A stretch of DNA of 32,000 nt from assembly GCF_000195955.2 (NCBI RefSeq), contig NC_000962.3, positions 2,130,001-2,162,000 of the forward strand, written 5' to 3'. The translations under genes were made by a program, and so were the position numbers. The notes beneath the pieces are model-generated. The model was not told the origin of the DNA, ran no database searches, and was given only the letters and a program-made list of their open reading frames with translations. The stretch comes from Mycobacterium tuberculosis H37Rv (GTDB taxonomy: Bacteria > Actinomycetota > Actinomycetes > Mycobacteriales > Mycobacteriaceae). Below are positions 12,521 through 23,234 of this stretch, in pieces. Position 1 is the first letter of the stretch; every line of letters starts with the position of its first letter.

Positions 12521-13675
12521 ATGCGTGCGGTAGTCATCGACGGGGCCGGCAGCGTCAGAGTCAACACCCAGCCCGACCCGGCACTGCCCGGGCCTGACGG
12601 AGTGGTTGTCGCCGTGACCGCCGCCGGCATCTGCGGATCCGATCTGCATTTCTACGAAGGCGAATATCCGTTCACCGAGCCGGTGGCCCTCGGTCACGAG
12701 GCGGTAGGCACCATCGTCGAGGCCGGGCCACAGGTGCGCACCGTCGGAGTTGGCGACCTGGTCATGGTGTCTTCAGTGGCCGGCTGCGGCGTCTGCCCGG
12801 GATGCGAAACCCATGATCCAGTCATGTGCTTCTCCGGCCCGATGATCTTCGGCGCCGGCGTGCTTGGCGGCGCACAGGCCGATCTGCTGGCGGTGCCGGC
12901 CGCCGATTTCCAGGTGCTCAAGATCCCCGAAGGTATCACCACCGAGCAGGCACTGCTGCTCACGGACAACCTCGCCACCGGTTGGGCGGCAGCCCAACGA
13001 GCCGATATTTCATTCGGCTCCGCCGTGGCGGTCATCGGCCTGGGAGCCGTCGGCCTCTGCGCGCTGCGCAGCGCCTTCATACACGGTGCCGCAACGGTTT
13101 TCGCTGTCGACCGAGTAAAGGGACGCTTGCAACGCGCGGCCACCTGGGGTGCTACGCCGATACCGTCACCGGCGGCCGAGACGATTCTGGCCGCGACGCG
13201 GGGTCGCGGCGCAGACTCGGTGATTGACGCCGTCGGCACCGACGCCTCGATGAGCGACGCGCTCAATGCGGTGCGCCCTGGCGGCACCGTCTCGGTTGTC
13301 GGCGTGCACGATCTTCAGCCGTTTCCCGTGCCCGCACTGACGTGCCTGTTGCGAAGCATCACGCTGCGAATGACCATGGCACCGGTACAACGAACCTGGC
13401 CGGAACTGATCCCGTTGCTGCAGTCGGGCCGACTCGATGTCGATGGCATCTTCACTACCACCCTGCCGTTGGACGAAGCGGCCAAGGGCTATGCAACCGC
13501 GAGGGCGCGCTCGGGTGAGGAGCTAAGGTTCTGCTTACGCCCTGACAGCCGTGATGTACTGGGAGCGCATGAAACTGTCGATCTTTACGTCCACGTCCGG
13601 CGGTGTCAGTCCGTAGCCGACCTGCAGCTCGAGGGTGCTGCGGACGGGGTCGACGGCCCATCCATGCTCAACTAG
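12521..13675 (+). CDS. Zinc-containing alcohol dehydrogenase family (Rv1895), 384 aa
   Basis: [24 protein letters not shown], Cys cluster [25 protein letters not shown]. Confidence 0.93.
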
Positions 13676-14446
13676 CCACTCCACGGGATCGGTCTTGTCG
13701 TCGTAGGTGAGCGCGGAGAAATTCACGTCACCAGACATATTGACCCCCGGGTGTGCGGTTTCCAGCGCGGCGAGCTGCTCGTGATCCAACCGGGACCCTA
13801 AGGCGCCCAAGGCAACTCGGCTGCCAGGCGCACACAACTCATCGATCCGGGCGAACAGAGCATATTGCGCATCGCCGGTCAGGTAGGGCAGTAGTCCCTC
13901 GACCGACCAGGCGCTGGGTCGTTGCGGATCGAACCCGGCCGCTGTCAGCGGCGTGGGCCAGTCCGTACGCAGATCTGCTGGCACCGCCACCCGGTGAGCT
14001 TTGGGTACAGCACCCCGCTCACTTAGCACCCGTGCTTTGAATTCCAGGACCTTCGGCACATCGATCTCGAAAACCGTTGTCCCGGGCTGCCAGTCAAGGC
14101 GATAAGCGCGGCAGTCCAGACCGGCGGCGACGATCACCGCCTGTCGTATGCCAGCCTCATCAGCGCAGTTGAAGAAGTCGTCGAAAAACCGGGTTTGCAC
14201 GCCGTAGAGCCGAGGGAAAGCGGTGCCGTCCTCCGACGTTCTCGGGTTTGCTAACAGACCCTCCAGATACGGGTCGGCCGAAGCGGTGATGAAATGCTTC
14301 GCGTATTCGTCTTGGACCAGCGGTTTAGGGCCCGTGGTGTGCAGTGCACGCCAACCCGCAACCAGTAGCGCGGTGTAGCCCACGTTGCTGACAATGTCCC
14401 AGTGGTCGTCATCGGAACGAAGCGAGCCATACTCAGGTGTAGTCAT
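13535..14446 (-). CDS. SAM-dependent methyltransferase, TIGR00027/Ppm2-like family (Rv1896c), 303 aa
   Basis: [23 protein letters not shown]...RTRFF-like RFFDDFF...[34 protein letters not shown]. Confidence 0.95.
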
Positions 14447-14450
14447 CTCA

Positions 14451-14882
14451 TCAGCCTTCCAGCATTACGGTCACCGGACCGTCGTTGACCAGTTCGACCT
14501 GCATGTGGGCACCGAACACGCCGGCTTCCACGTGCGCTCCCAACTGGCGCAGCGCTGCCGCGAACGCTGCTATCAGGGGCTGCGCCACCGCACCTGGCGC
14601 CGCGGCGTTCCAGGACGGTCGCCGACCCTTCGCGGTGTCTGCGTAGAGGGTGAACTGGCTGATTACCAGGATCGGTGCGTGCATGTCGGAGGCGGATTTC
14701 TCGTCGGCGAGAACCCGCAAATTCCAGAGCTTTTCGGCGAGACGGCGCGCCTTGTCGAGATCGTCGCCGTGGGTGACACCGACGAACGCGACCAGGCCCT
14801 GCCCGTCCGGCCGGATAGCGCCGACCACCCGACCATCGACCCTCACCGCAGCCGATGAGACCCGTTGCACCAGAACCCGCAC
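14451..14882 (-). CDS. dtd: D-aminoacyl-tRNA deacylase (Rv1897c), 143 aa from GTG
   Basis: [17 protein letters not shown]...[28 protein letters not shown] hallmark. Confidence 0.97.
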
Positions 14883-14939
14883 GAGCCTCGATGCTGCCAG
14901 GCCGGCTATGCAGTCGCTGGGGCTGGGTAGGCTCATTGT

Positions 14940-15248
14940 GTGTCTGTGCTGGTCGCGTTTTCCGTCACCCCGCTGGGCGTGGGGGAGGGGGTCGGCGAGA
15001 TCGTCACCGAAGCGATTCGCGTGGTCCGTGATTCCGGCCTGCCGAACCAGACAGATGCCATGTTCACCGTGATCGAAGGCGATACCTGGGCGGAAGTGAT
15101 GGCCGTCGTGCAGCGCGCGGTGGAGGCCGTGGCCGCTCGGGCACCGCGAGTCAGCGCGGTGATCAAGGTGGACTGGCGTCCCGGGGTCACCGACGCGATG
15201 ACCCAGAAGGTCGCTACCGTCGAGCGGTATCTTCTCCGGCCTGAATAG
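14940..15248 (+). CDS. MTH1187/YqgV family thiamine-binding-like protein (Rv1898), 102 aa
   Basis: [45 protein letters not shown]. Confidence 0.92.
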
Positions 15249-16245
15249 CAGCGCTAAACGCCCGCTCGGCCGCATCCCCATGGACCGCAAATACCACCCT
15301 TTGCAGCGACCCCGGCCGGTGCCGACGGACGGCGCCGACCATCAGCCGCGCAGCGTCGTCGAGCGGAAAGCCGCCCACGCCCGTGCCGAAAGCCACCAGC
15401 GCCAGCGAGCGGCAACCGAGCTCGTCGGCTTTCCGCAGGGTAGCAGCGGTGGCTGCGGTGATGATCTCGCCCGAGGTCGGACCTCCTAGCTCCATCGTCG
15501 CCGCGTGGATCACGTAGCGCGCCGGCATGTCACCGGCCGTGGTCTCGACCGCTTCCCCAAGCCCAATCGGCGCCTTCTCGGTGGACTCGCGCTGCAGCTC
15601 GGGGCCGCCGGCGCGGGCGATGGCCGCAGCGACACCACCGGCATGCCGCAGTCGGGTGTTCGCCGCATTGGTGATGGCGTCGAGCTCGAGCTTGGTCACG
15701 TCGGCCTGATGTACCTCCAACTCGATCATCGACACATTGTCCCCCCTGCAAGTACTCGGCGGCCGCGGTGATGCACCCCTTGTTGTGTTGGACCGTCGCC
15801 ACCATCGCCCACACAATCGAACCCTCGCCCGGCGCCACTGCGGCCCATCGAGACTCCGGCCCATCGAGCCCAGATTCAGGGTAGCTTGAGGTGAACGAGG
15901 ACAATCAAGCGGCTGGCAAGGACACAGACCGATGGCTCGTGATCCAGTTGTACCGAGGGTGCGAACAGCATGAGTGGCGACGACGCCGGGCCGGGCGAGG
16001 TCAGCCATGCCCGCGGCGTCGGTGGGCCGGGCGGAGCCGGAGGCGCCGGTGGCCGGGGTGGTGCCGGCGGTCGCGGCGGGGCGGGCGGTAGAGGCGGAGA
16101 TGGCGGCATAGGCGGGGCAGCGGGCCCCGGCGGTCAACCCGGCCAGGGCGGGGTGGGCGGCGCACCCGGCCCCGGTGGAACCCCCGGCGAACCAGGTCAG
16201 CCCGGCAAACCAGGACAACCGGGGCAACCCGGCAGCCCGGGACAT
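15214..16245 (-). CDS. lppD: LppD (Rv1899c), macro-domain protein annotated as a 343-aa lipoprotein; a 171-aa macro-only form starting at 15729 is a plausible alternative
   Basis: Macro domain [42 protein letters not shown]...[11 protein letters not shown]; the N-terminal third is low-complexity Ala/Thr/Gly. Confidence 0.85.
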
Positions 16246-16248
16246 TAG
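15970..16248 (+). CDS. Candidate 92-aa collagen-like Gly-X-Y protein, antisense to the lppD N-terminus
   Basis: 25 uninterrupted GXY triplets (residues 16-90), ATG start, TAG stop. Confidence 0.4.
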
Positions 16249-17633
16249 CGCGTGCGGGTGGCGTCGTCGCGCATGAGCACGCATAGCCGCCATCTGCCCG
16301 GTACGCCCTTGAGTTCCTGCTCACCACGCTCGGCGAACCGGTGCCGTGATCCGGCGACGATGTCTCGCACGGTCGAGGACACCAGCACCTCACTGGGTCC
16401 GGCCAGCGCGCAGACGCGCGCACCGATATGCACGGCCACGCCGGCGACGTCGGTACCGTGCGAGGCATCGCGCACCTCGACCTCGCCCGCATGAATACCG
16501 ATCCGGACCTCAATACCCAGCGCGGCGACCGCGTCGACGATGTCGTCCGCGCACGCGATCGCGGCACTCGGACTGGTGAACGTCGCGACGAAACCGTCAC
16601 CGGCCGTGTTCACTTCGCGACCGCCGAACCGCTGGATTTCGTGGCACACGATGGTGTCGTGGTTGTCCAACAGGTCGCGCCATCGGTCGTCGCCGAGCGC
16701 GGCGGCGTGCTGGGTCGAGCCGACGATGTCGGTAAACATGATGGTGGCAAGCATGCGCTCGGCGTCAGCGCCGCCGCGCACGCCGGTGATGAATTCCTCG
16801 ATTTCATCGAGCATCGGCCCGGTGTCGCCAACCCAGTACAGGGTATCGGTGCCGGGTAGTTCGACCAAGCGGGATCCAGCGATGTGCTCGGCGAGGTAGC
16901 GACCATGTCCCACCGGGATGTACGTCGATCCGACACGGTGCAAGATCAGTGTTGGAGCCTCGATGTGTCCCAAGACATCTCGTACGTCGGCCTCGGCTAT
17001 GACCTTTGAAACGGCACGGGCAATGCTCGGCGGTCCGGCACGGTTGCCGGCGAGATCCCACCAGGCTCGAAACACGTCATCTCCGGCCACGGTAGGAGCC
17101 ACGATGCTCAGCACGTCGAAGCCCCGCTCGACGGCATCCGGTTCCAGCGCCACCGTCAGGAACGGGTCAGCTCGACGAACCTGGGCGCCTACCGGGTAGT
17201 CGGGCGCCCATAGTGGGCGCGCCGAGCCGTTGACGACGATCAGGCTGCGCACCCGCTCGGGGTAGTCGGCGGCGAGAACAAGTCCGTTCATGGCGTGGAA
17301 ACTGGGCGCGAAAATTGTCGCCTGCTCGCATCCGACCGCGTCCATCACCGCGATCGCGTCCTGGGCCCAGAACTTCGGCCCCAGCGTGGTTATCGCGGCG
17401 AGCCGTGACGACAGGCCGACCCCACGATGGTCGAGGCGGATCACCCTGCTGAATGACGCAAGACGGCGATGGAAACGGTACAGCGATGGCTCGTCGTCGA
17501 TCGAGTCGATCGGCACGAACGGCCCCGGCAACACCAGCAGATCCGTCGGACCGTCACCCAGCACCTGGTAGGCGATATCCATGTCGCCGCATTTTGCGTA
17601 GCGGGTCCTGTGAATGTGGGGAGCCTGCGCCAC
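16245..17633 (-). CDS. lipJ: LipJ (Rv1900c): alpha/beta hydrolase fused to class III adenylate cyclase domain, 462 aa
   Basis: N-terminal [11 protein letters not shown]...[15 protein letters not shown]; C-terminal [20 protein letters not shown]...[12 protein letters not shown] cyclase signature. Confidence 0.96.
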
Positions 17634-17661
17634 GGTCCTACGTTAGTTCATGCGTAGGCTC

Positions 17662-18954
17662 ATGGCGGTGAGCGCACGTGCGGGCATCGTGATCACCGGA
17701 ACCGAGGTCCTGACCGGGCGGGTCCAAGACCGCAACGGCCCCTGGATCGCCGATCGGCTCCTGGAGCTCGGGGTCGAGTTGGCACACATCACGATCTGCG
17801 GCGACCGTCCCGCCGACATCGAGGCACAGCTGCGATTCATGGCTGAGCAGGGTGTGGACCTGATCGTCACCAGCGGCGGCCTGGGGCCGACCGCCGACGA
17901 TATGACCGTCGAGGTGGTGGCGCGCTATTGCGGGCGCGAGCTGGTGCTGGACGACGAGCTGGAGAACAGGATCGCCAACATCCTCAAGAAGCTGATGGGG
18001 CGAAATCCCGCTATTGAACCCGCCAACTTCGACTCCATACGCGCCGCCAACCGCAAACAGGCCATGATTCCGGCCGGATCGCAAGTGATCGATCCGGTGG
18101 GCACCGCCCCCGGTCTGGTTGTGCCGGGACGGCCAGCGGTGATGGTGCTTCCCGGGCCACCGCGCGAGCTGCAGCCGATATGGAGCAAGGCCATCCAGAC
18201 GGCTCCGGTACAGGATGCGATTGCCGGCCGGACGACCTACCGACAGGAGACCATCCGGATCTTCGGCCTGCCGGAGTCTTCTCTGGCCGACACACTGCGT
18301 GACGCCGAGGCAGCCATCCCGGGTTTTGACTTAGTCGAGATCACCACCTGCCTGCGGCGCGGCGAGATTGAAATGGTCACTCGCTTTGAACCGAACGCCG
18401 CGCAAGTGTACACGCAATTGGCACGGTTATTGCGCGACCGGCACGGCCACCAGGTCTATTCGGAAGACGGTGCGTCCGTGGACGAGCTGGTCGCAAAATT
18501 GCTAACTGGCCGCCGGATAGCGACCGCCGAATCCTGCACCGCAGGGTTGCTGGCGGCACGGCTCACCGACCGGCCCGGGTCGTCCAAGTACGTGGCGGGC
18601 GCAGTGGTGGCCTACTCTAACGAGGCGAAGGCACAGCTTCTCGGTGTGGATCCGGCGCTGATCGAGGCCCACGGGGCGGTTTCCGAGCCGGTCGCCCAGG
18701 CAATGGCAGCGGGGGCGCTGCAAGGCTTCGGCGCCGACACCGCCACCGCGATCACCGGAATTGCGGGTCCGAGTGGGGGAACGCCGGAAAAGCCTGTGGG
18801 AACAGTGTGCTTCACCGTCCTGCTGGACGATGGCCGAACAACCACCCGAACCGTGCGGCTGCCCGGGAACCGGTCAGACATTAGGGAGCGCTCGACGACT
18901 GTGGCGATGCACCTGCTGCGGCGCACCCTGAGCGGTATCCCGGGCTCACCCTAG
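17662..18954 (+). CDS. cinA: CinA-like protein (Rv1901), 430 aa
   Basis: [27 protein letters not shown]...[16 protein letters not shown]... C-terminal [36 protein letters not shown]. Confidence 0.96.
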
Positions 18955-18960
18955 CGACGG

Positions 18961-19020
18961 CGAAATCGACAGCAGCGCGACAAAGTTCGACGAGAAGACA
19001 CCGCGCTAATGTCGATTTCG
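18961..19020. repeat. Imperfect 19-bp inverted repeat (11 bp + 2 mismatches + 6 bp, 22-nt loop) at the convergent cinA/nanT junction; possible bidirectional terminator
   Basis: CGAAATCGACAgcAGCGCG (18961-18979) versus CGCGCTaaTGTCGATTTCG (19002-19020). Confidence 0.75.
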
Positions 19021-20274
19021 ATGACGAACAAGAAAAGCAGTTTCCGTAGTACCAAAGCGGATTCCGGTGGCATCCTTGCCAATCGCCGTCAGCACCGCTA
19101 CGACCAATAGCACGGGCACGATCGTCGCGGCCAAGGCGAAGGGGTAGCCATGGGATTCGGCCAGACGCTCTTGAATAGGAAGGTTGAACGCCGCCAGCAG
19201 ATTACCGAGCTGGTAGGTTACGCCGGGGTAGACGCCCCGGATAGCGTCTGGCGACATCTCGGTCAGATGCGCGGGGATCACACCCCAGGCACCCTGTACG
19301 AAGACTTGCATCAAAAACGAACCCAGGCACAACATCGCCGCAGTGCGCGAGTAAGCGAACAGCGGCACGATCGGCAGTCCCAGCGCCGCACAGAAAACGA
19401 TGGTGTAACGGCGGCTGAACCGCTGGGACAACGTGCCGAACGCCAGACCGCCGATGATGGCGCCGATGTTGTAGATCACCACTATCCACCTGGCGGTCAG
19501 GCTGGACAAACCGGCACCATGATCGGTAGTCGCGGTCAGGAAGGTCGGGTAGACATCCTGGGTGCCGTGGCTCATCCAGTTGAAGGCGGTCATCAACAGC
19601 ACTAGGTAGACAAACCGGCGCACAATTGCGGGGTTACCCAGGACATCGCGGATTCGGGTCTTGGTGAGCCGCATGCGGTCCTGCGCGGCTTCCCAGACTT
19701 CGGATTCCTTTACCCGGTACCGGATGATCAAGCTGATCAGAGCCGGGATGATGCTTAGGCCGAACAACCACCGCCACGACAGCCCTAGCCAGTTCATCAC
19801 CACCAGCGCTGCCACACTGGCCAGCAGATAGCCGAACGCGTAGCCCTCCTGCAGCAGCCCGGAGAAGACGCCACGCCGCTCGGCTGGAACCTTCTCCATG
19901 GACAGCGCGGCACCCAGCCCCCACTCTCCGCCCATGCCAATGCCGTAGAGCAGTCGCAGGATCACCAGCACGGTGAAGTTGGGTGCGAATGCGCACAGAA
20001 ATCCGATCACCGAATAGAACGACACGTCGACCATCAGCGGGACCCGCCGGCCCACCCGGTCGGCCCATAGCCCGAACAGCAACGCACCCACGGGGCGCAT
20101 GGCCAGGGTGGCGGTGGTGAGAAACGCGACGTCGGTCTTGGTGTGGTGGAAGGTCGTTGCGATGTCGGCATAGACCAGCACCACGAGAAAGTAATCGAAC
20201 GCATCCATCGTCCAACCCAAGAAAGATGCCATAAAAGCGTTTCGCTGGTCGCCGGTCAACCGCGGTGCTGCCAC
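19006..20274 (-). CDS. nanT: NanT (Rv1902c), major facilitator superfamily transporter, 422 aa
   Basis: MFS pattern: [39 protein letters not shown]; [22 protein letters not shown]. Confidence 0.93.
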   Translation of the reverse strand: MAAPRLTGDQRNAFMASFLGWTMDAFDYFLVVLVYADIATTFHHTKTDVAFLTTATLAMRPVGALLFGLWADRVGRRVPLMVDVSFYSVIGFLCAFAPNFTVLVILRLLYGIGMGGEWGLGAALSMEKVPAERRGVFSGLLQEGYAFGYLLASVAALVVMNWLGLSWRWLFGLSIIPALISLIIRYRVKESEVWEAAQDRMRLTKTRIRDVLGNPAIVRRFVYLVLLMTAFNWMSHGTQDVYPTFLTATTDHGAGLSSLTARWIVVIYNIGAIIGGLAFGTLSQRFSRRYTIVFCAALGLPIVPLFAYSRTAAMLCLGSFLMQVFVQGAWGVIPAHLTEMSPDAIRGVYPGVTYQLGNLLAAFNLPIQERLAESHGYPFALAATIVPVLLVVAVLTAIGKDATGIRFGTTETAFLVRHRNRH

Positions 20275-20363
20275 GTCTGCATCGTGGCGTACCGGGCGCG
20301 GCACCGCGAGTCCGGGGACATGGCGAACAGCGGCGGCTCGCATGTCCGTGGCAGGATCGGGCA

Positions 20364-20768
20364 ATGGTGCCTTTTCTGATGCGCGCCGCAGTGACCGGAT
20401 TCGCATTATGGGTGGTGACTCTTTTCGTCCCGGGCATGCGGTTTGCGGGCGGCGACACAACGCTGCAGCGGGTCGCCATCATCTTCGTCGTCGCGGTGAT
20501 CTTCGGTCTGGTCAACGCGTTCATCAAGCCCATCGTGCAGATCTTGTCGATCCCGTTGTACATCCTGACTCTCGGTCTTTTCCATGTAGTCGTTAACGCG
20601 TCGATGCTGTGGCTTACCGCGTGGATCACTGAGCACACCACCCACTGGGGACTGCAGATCGACCACTTCTGGTGGACCGCGATCTGGGCGGCGATCTTGT
20701 TGTCGATCGTCAGCTGGATCCTGTCGCTGTTGGCTCGTGACTTTCGACGTGTCACTCGCGCACACTAG
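20364..20768 (+). CDS. Membrane protein, phage holin family 4-like (Rv1903), 134 aa
   Basis: Four hydrophobic segments; [59 protein letters not shown]. Confidence 0.88.
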   Translation: MVPFLMRAAVTGFALWVVTLFVPGMRFAGGDTTLQRVAIIFVVAVIFGLVNAFIKPIVQILSIPLYILTLGLFHVVVNASMLWLTAWITEHTTHWGLQIDHFWWTAIWAAILLSIVSWILSLLARDFRRVTRAH

Positions 20769-20953
20769 AGCCACAAATTTTGGTGGGGGGACATCCTAGG
20801 TTTTCGGGGCATGTTCCACTTATGCTTACTCACACTGCTTGCCAACCTCGTCCAAGACAGGCACCCTGTCTTCGGCGTGATGACGCTGACCTCCCGCCCT
20901 CCAATACGCCGGACGGCAGCACCTAACAGCACACGACGACGGGACTGCAAATG

Positions 20954-21385
20954 ATGCGCACTGTCGCGATTGGACCAGGTGCCGGTCCTTCGAGCACACG
21001 GCCGAGTTCGCAACCCAGTGACCTGCATAGCGGCCTACGCGCGGTTACCGAGTGCACCGGCTCAGCGGTGGTCGTTCATGTGGGCGGCGACATCGACGCC
21101 AGTAACGAGGTCGCTTGGCAGCGTCTGGTGAGCAAGAGCGCCGCTATCGCCATCGCGCCGGGTCCGTTCGTCATCGACATTCGGGACCTCGACTTCATGG
21201 GATCATGTGCATACGCTGTGTTGGCCCAGGAGTCGGTGCGGTGTCGCCGGCGCGGGGTGAATATGCGGTTGGTGAGTAACCAGCCGATCGTGGCCCGCAC
21301 CATTGCCGCGTGCGGACTGCGGCGACTAATTCCGCTGTATGCAACGGTCGAGACCGCACTGGCGCCGCCTCCCAGCGCGCATTGA
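20954..21385 (+). CDS. STAS-domain anti-anti-sigma factor (Rv1904), 143 aa
   Basis: VVHVGGDIDASNEVAWQRLV...FVIDIRDLDFMGSCAYAVLAQE. Confidence 0.9.
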   Translation: MRTVAIGPGAGPSSTRPSSQPSDLHSGLRAVTECTGSAVVVHVGGDIDASNEVAWQRLVSKSAAIAIAPGPFVIDIRDLDFMGSCAYAVLAQESVRCRRRGVNMRLVSNQPIVARTIAACGLRRLIPLYATVETALAPPPSAH

Positions 21386-21432
21386 CCGACCCATTAACCG
21401 ACCGGTGCCACCCAACCCGCCATGGTGTCGGG

Positions 21433-22395
21433 TTAACCGCCGCCGACAAGATTGACCACCTCCCGCGCACAACCCCATGACAGGGTCACGCCGTCACCTC
21501 CGTGGCCATAGTTGTGGATGCACAGCGCTCGCCCGATCGGTTCAGCTTCCACCCGCACGGACGGCCGATCAGGACGCAGCCCGGTAATCGTCTCAATCAC
21601 TGCCGCCTCGGCAAGCCGTGGTTGTATGCGGCGACACCGTTGCAGGATCCGCTCGGTTATCTCCGGCTCTGGGGTGGGGTCCCACCTGCCAGGGATACTG
21701 ATGCCGCCGCAGACTACACGCTGCGGGTGGGCAAAGTAGCAGATCCATTCCGAGCCGCCGGTGCGCTCGATAAACAGTTGCTCTAGACCTGGATTGGTGA
21801 GGACGACGTGCTGGCCGAACCGCGGCCAGACCGTGGCGTCGCCGGCCAGTTCCCGAGCGCCCAGACCAGCACAGTTGATCACTATGGGCGCCGCCTCAGC
21901 GGCCTCGGCCAGCGACCGTAGCGGGCGCGTTTCGATTTCACAGCCAGTCGCCGCCAATCGCTGGGTCAGACAGTCGAGGTACTGGGGCATATCGATCATC
22001 GGCAAGGTGGCATGAAACCCAGCACGGAAGCCCCCGGGCACGTCGGCCGGGTCAGCCGGCCGCACGTCGGGGATCAGCTCCAACCCGGGCGGCATCGCAC
22101 CGGTCTCGATACGATCGCCGACACTCAGCGCCGGCGTCATGCGCACGCCGGTGGCGGGATCCTTGGCCAAGTCGCGAAACACGTGCAATGACTGTTCGAT
22201 CCACCCGCGTACCTTGGCAACGGGTTCCTTCGGCCGCGGCCCCCAGACCGCACCCGCCACCGCCGATGTCGTTTGCTGCGGCAATGCGGCCGCCCATACC
22301 CGCACCGGCCACCCCGCCTCGGCCAGGCATATGGCCGACGTCAGTCCGCTGACGCCGGCCCCAATCACGATGACCTGTTGCTCACCTATTGCCAC
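21433..22395 (-). CDS. aao: D-amino acid oxidase (Rv1905c), 320 aa
   Basis: IVIGAGVSGLTSAICLAEAGWPVRVWAA FAD motif; VINCAGLGARELAGD; HNYGHGGDGVTLSWGCA. Confidence 0.95.
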   Translation of the reverse strand: MAIGEQQVIVIGAGVSGLTSAICLAEAGWPVRVWAAALPQQTTSAVAGAVWGPRPKEPVAKVRGWIEQSLHVFRDLAKDPATGVRMTPALSVGDRIETGAMPPGLELIPDVRPADPADVPGGFRAGFHATLPMIDMPQYLDCLTQRLAATGCEIETRPLRSLAEAAEAAPIVINCAGLGARELAGDATVWPRFGQHVVLTNPGLEQLFIERTGGSEWICYFAHPQRVVCGGISIPGRWDPTPEPEITERILQRCRRIQPRLAEAAVIETITGLRPDRPSVRVEAEPIGRALCIHNYGHGGDGVTLSWGCAREVVNLVGGG

Positions 22396-22424
22396 AGCAG
22401 GACCGTAGCCGAAGCCAGCGTCAG

Positions 22425-22895
22425 TTAGGGCTGAGGCACTCGCCCTCCAGTCGGTCCGAGTAAGCCGTTGAGGATGCCGAGCTGATTTTGTAGTTGGGCC
22501 CCCGCTTCAGGTCCAGGAACTCCGGCAGGGGCAGCGCCTTCGCTGCCCGTGTTCTGCCAGGGTTGGCAGCCGTGCGTCTTGAACGCCTTGTCGGTCGGCT
22601 CAATCGTCACTACCTGTGGTTTCTTGCTGAGTGCGTTATCGATGAGCGCGCCATCGGGGTTACCCATCCGCTTCCAATAGCAGGTGCCGTCGCCGACGGG
22701 TCCCGCGGAGCTGTACGTGCCGGGAGCGATGTCAATCCCCACCGCATAGGTGCCGTCGCTATCAATTGCCGTCTTCGGTGTCGGTGCCGGCTCCGGATCG
22801 GCGCCGGCGAGGCCCACGGATCCGGCCCAGCCTGCGAGGATCAGGCCGGCGACGGCAAAGGCTGCAGCAGGAGATGGGGCTGGCTTCAAGCGCAT
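22425..22895 (-). CDS. Secreted conserved mycobacterial protein (Rv1906c), 156 aa
   Basis: Signal peptide FAVAGLILAGWAGSVGLAGADP; GTYAVGIDIAPGTYSSAGPVGDGTCYWKR motif. Confidence 0.85.
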   Translation of the reverse strand: MRLKPAPSPAAAFAVAGLILAGWAGSVGLAGADPEPAPTPKTAIDSDGTYAVGIDIAPGTYSSAGPVGDGTCYWKRMGNPDGALIDNALSKKPQVVTIEPTDKAFKTHGCQPWQNTGSEGAAPAGVPGPEAGAQLQNQLGILNGLLGPTGGRVPQP

Positions 22896-23234
22896 CACAC
22901 AATAGCCTACTGGGGCCTACCGGTATCCGGAACTCACTCGGCCTGGAAGCAATCACTCGTTCTCCCGCCGCCGATGGGCTTGTTCGATCCCCATATGCGC
23001 CTGCGAGCGCACGGACGGCGCGCCACCGACGCAGTGTCCGGCAATGATGCGGTAAATCGCGGACGGCGCCAACGCTTCCACCGAGTCACAGCCTTGTCCG
23101 CCAGCACACCGCCCAGACCGCATGTATCGGAGGATGTCCGGAAGCCGTTGGCCACCTCCGTGTCGAGCAACCACCGCTGTCACTGCATTGCTGTCACTAA
23201 ATCGTTGTCCGGCAACACGTTTAGAGCGCTCGCG

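Noticed and set aside
15970-16248. Possible PE_PGRS fragment
   Set aside because: No PE domain; strict period-3 glycine with GxP triplets is collagen-like rather than PGRS (GGAGGX) organisation, although the first half superficially resembles PGRS.
19634-20755. 373-aa - strand ORF overlapping nanT and Rv1903
   Set aside because: Different frame from nanT on the same strand and antisense to Rv1903; low-complexity Arg/Gly sequence, a high-GC shadow ORF.
22896-23234. Several overlapping ORFs in the Rv1906c-Rv1907c gap
   Set aside because: Arg/Ser/Pro-rich frames on both strands with no motif or ribosome-binding context; probably non-coding or decayed sequence, not supportable as genes by eye.
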